Shown: piece by piece, positions 59,584-64,000 of the stretch | Numbering within the stretch: the first letter of the stretch is position 1 | How the letters are laid out: each line of letters opens with the position of its first letter | Source of the DNA: the human T2T-CHM13v2.0 reference genome, Homo sapiens | NCBI RefSeq assembly: GCF_009914755.1 | Contig: NC_060948.1 | Direction: 5' to 3' (one strand) | Length of the DNA stretch: 64,000 nucleotides | Notes under the pieces: generated by a model | What the model was told of the DNA's origin: nothing | Database searches by the model: none | What the model saw: the letters and a program-made list of their open reading frames with translations, nothing else | Position numbers and translations under genes: made by a program

Positions 59584-61688
59584 AGATCCATATTTTTTAA
59601 ATGAAAAAAAATTTCAAAGGTACTCTGCTTGGTACAATAATCAAATGTATAAACTGAGGAATGAAACATAACCATGAAACCTACTTATAACTGCATATGG
59701 AAAATACAGAGGATAATTTTTTAAATAACATATTTTGAAAGCCTTAACTAGTAATTTGAAGAGTTGGCATTTGAAAGGCCAGTATGAATATACCTTCAAA
59801 GCAGCAACACAGGTTCCCCATGAGAAAAAGCAAACACAGGGAAAATAAAAACACAAAGGTTCAATCTCTTCTGACCTTTGAAAGACACAGCACAGACAGT
59901 GGTCCTTAGGACGAAGAGCAGGAGACCCCTAATTGCGTCACCATGGCGATAGGGCATAAACATTGCTGGGTGAGGGCACAATCCACATTGTGAGGTCCAA
60001 CTGCTGCCAGGAAGACAGGAGTGCTTTTACATAGACCGAAAGGTCATTGAAGGCTCAGAGTTTTGTTTCAAGAACTCAATCCCAAGCCCACACGTTATTA
60101 GGCTGCGCTTCTTAAAACAAGTTATGAGATTGGAAAAAGGGCACCCACAAACATACGTATACATTATGTATATAATAATATACAGTATCATATATATAAT
60201 ATATATAACCTATGTATAATATTGTTTTACATCCTGCATCTTATGTTATATATATTGTATAAAATATAATAATTGATAATATATAAGTTTTATATTTATA
60301 CAATATGACATATAGTATATATTATAATTTATGACATATATAATATATGTTATATGTCATATATAGAATATATTATACGGTTAATATACGTATTAAATAT
60401 AAATTATACATTATATATATTATATATAATATATCTGTTATATATAATACACATTATGCATAATATATATATTATGTCTATGTTATATATAGTATAAAAC
60501 AACATATAATAATATATAATTGTATATATAAAATGCGACATATAATATATATTATATTTTATAACATATGTAATATATATTATATATTATATATAATACG
60601 TTGTATGTATAATACCTATATTAAATATATATTATATGACTATGTTATTAATTACATGTCACATGTCTTATATGTTATATATTTTACATAGAATATACCG
60701 CTTACATACAATATATACTATGTTACCTATAATGTATAATTTATTACATGTAAAATAAAGAATGCAATATATTATGTATAATTTATAATATACCATATGT
60801 GGAATGTGATATATATAACATATAATATATGATATATGATATACAGTGTATGATATATAACATACAATATATGATTCCTAATATATATGGTATACAATAT
60901 ATATTTTATGATATGTATTCTATATGTTTTATATTCTGTTATATATAACTATTTGAAATTATATATAACTGTATAATATTTTATGTAAATATGTAATATA
61001 ATATATATAACTATATAATATATTTTATATAACTATATATTATGTTATATATACTTTTCTAACATAATTTACATAAAATATCATAACATAATATATATTA
61101 TATTATTTCATATTACATAATATATATTACATATCACCCAATATAACTAACATACATAATATTATAATATAGATTATATCGTGTTATATTAAATATCATA
61201 TACATCATGTATCATATATTCTATAATATATATTACACATTATATAATATGTATGTTGTCTATTATGTGATATATATAACTATATATATAATTATATTTT
61301 TATACATATAACTAGATAAACATGTAATTCTACATATTTTCATTTATAATATGTAGAATTATATAATCATATATAATTATTTATATTCTATAAAAAATTT
61401 TATCATTATATAAATTATAATATATAAAAATTATAATATGTACTACAAATATATATATTATATATCATATATGATATAGTACCTTTGTTATATATCATAA
61501 TACATATAAATGTGTATTATGTTATCTATAATTATATAATTTCATATATAAGATGTATAATATGTATCATATATTATATATGTTATGTACTATATATAGT
61601 ATATATAAGATGACACAGGATAAATATTATATACTATGACATATAAAATATATGAGGTTATATGTTACATATAAGGCATAGCACATAA

Positions 61689-62003
<315 letters not shown>

Positions 62004-64000
62004 AGATCCATATTTTTTAAATGAAAAAAAATTTCAAAGGTACTCTGCTTGGTACAATAATCAAATGTATAAACTGAGGAATAAAACATAACCATGAAAC
62101 CTACTTATAACTGCATATGGAAAATACAGAGGATAATTTTTTAAATAACATATTTTGAAAGCCTTAACTAGTAATTTGAAGAGCTGGCATTTGAAAGGCC
62201 AGTATGAATATACCTTCAAAGCAGCAACACAGGTTCCCCATGAGAAAAAGCAAACACAGGGAAAATAAAAACACAAAGGTTCAATCTCTTGTGACCTTTG
62301 AAAGACACAGCACAGACAGTGGTCCTTAGGACGAAGAGCAGGAGACCCCTAATTCCGTCACCATGGCGATAGGGCATAAACATTGCTGGGTGAGGTCACA
62401 ATCCACATTGTGAGGTCCAACTGCTGCCAGGAAGACAGGAGTGCTTTTACATAGACCGAAAGGTCATTGAAGGCTCAGAGTTTTGTTTCAAGAACTGAAT
62501 CCCAAGCCCACACGTTATTAGGCTGCGCTTCTTAAAACAAGTTATGAGATGGGAAAAAGGGCACCCACAAACATACGTATACATTATGTATATAATAATA
62601 TACAGTGTCATATATATAATATATATAACCTATATATAATATTGTTTTACATCCTGCATCTTATGTTATATATATTGTATAAAATATAATAATTGATAAT
62701 ATATAAGTTTTATAATTATACAATATGACATATAGTATATATTATAATTTATGACATATATAATATATGTTATATGTCATATATAGAATATATTATACGG
62801 TTAATATACGTATTAAATATAAATTATACATTATATATATTATATATAATATATCTGTTATATATAATACCCATTATGCATAATATATATATTATGTCTA
62901 TGTTATATATAGTATAAAACAACATATAATAATATATAATTGTATATATAAAATGCGACATAGAATATATATTATATTTTATAACATATGTAATATATAT
63001 TTTATATTATATATAATACGTTGTATGTATAATACCTATATTAAATATATATTATATGACTATGTTATTAATTACATGTCACATGTGTTATATATTATAT
63101 ATTTTACATAGAATATACCGGTTGCATACAATATATACTATGTTACCTATAATGTATAATTTATTACATGTAAAATAAAGAATGCAATATATTATGTATA
63201 ATTTATAATATACCATATGTGGAATGTGATATATATAACATATAATATATGATATATGATATACAGTATATGATATATAACATACGATATATGATTCCTA
63301 ATATATATGGTATACAATATATATTTTATGATATGTATTCTATGTGTTTTATATTCTGTTATATATAACTATTTGAAATTATATATAACTGTATAATATT
63401 TTATGTAAATATGTAATATAATATATATAACTATATAATGTATTATATATAACTATATATTATGTTATATATACTTTTATAACATAATTTACATAAAATA
63501 TCATAATATAATATATATTATATTATTTCATATTACATAATATATATTACATATCACCCAATATAACTAACATACATAATATTATAATATAGATTATATT
63601 GTGTTATATTAAATATCATATATATCATGTATCATATATTCTATAATATATATTACACATTATATAATATGTATGTTGTCTATTATGTGATATATATAAC
63701 TATATATATAATTATATTTTTATACATATAACTAGATAAACATGTAATTCTACATATTTTCATTTATAATATGTAGAATTATATAATCATATATAATTAT
63801 TTATATTCTATAAAAAATTTTATCATTATATAAATTATAATATATAAAAATTATAATATGTACTACAAATATATATATTATATATCATATATGATATAGT
63901 ACCTTTGTTATATATCATAATACATATAAATGTGTATTATGTTATCTATAATTATATAATTTCATATATAAGATGTATAATATGTATCATATATTATATA

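Overview
The whole window is one uninterrupted head-to-tail satellite array of about 26.5 copies of a ~2.42-kb unit. Each unit, read on the + strand, is a ~1.55-kb AT-rich low-complexity block, then an old, 5'-clipped Alu on the minus strand (276 or 292 bp), then a ~575-bp more GC-balanced HSATI-like segment. This layout, plus a predicted ~2.14-kb HaeIII fragment, matches human DYZ2 (HSat1B), the satellite that alternates with DYZ1 in Yq12 heterochromatin. There are no credible genes; the ORF track reflects the same chance ORFs recurring in every unit. I do not see an undescribed coding system. The informative signal is in the variants between units (numbered U1-U26 by their Alu): two Alu length classes with linked SNPs, a cryptic multi-unit variant order, multi-unit duplications, chimeric units, a homogeneous four-copy expansion, and a more divergent domain right of ~50.5 kb. 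All variant comparisons were made by eye.
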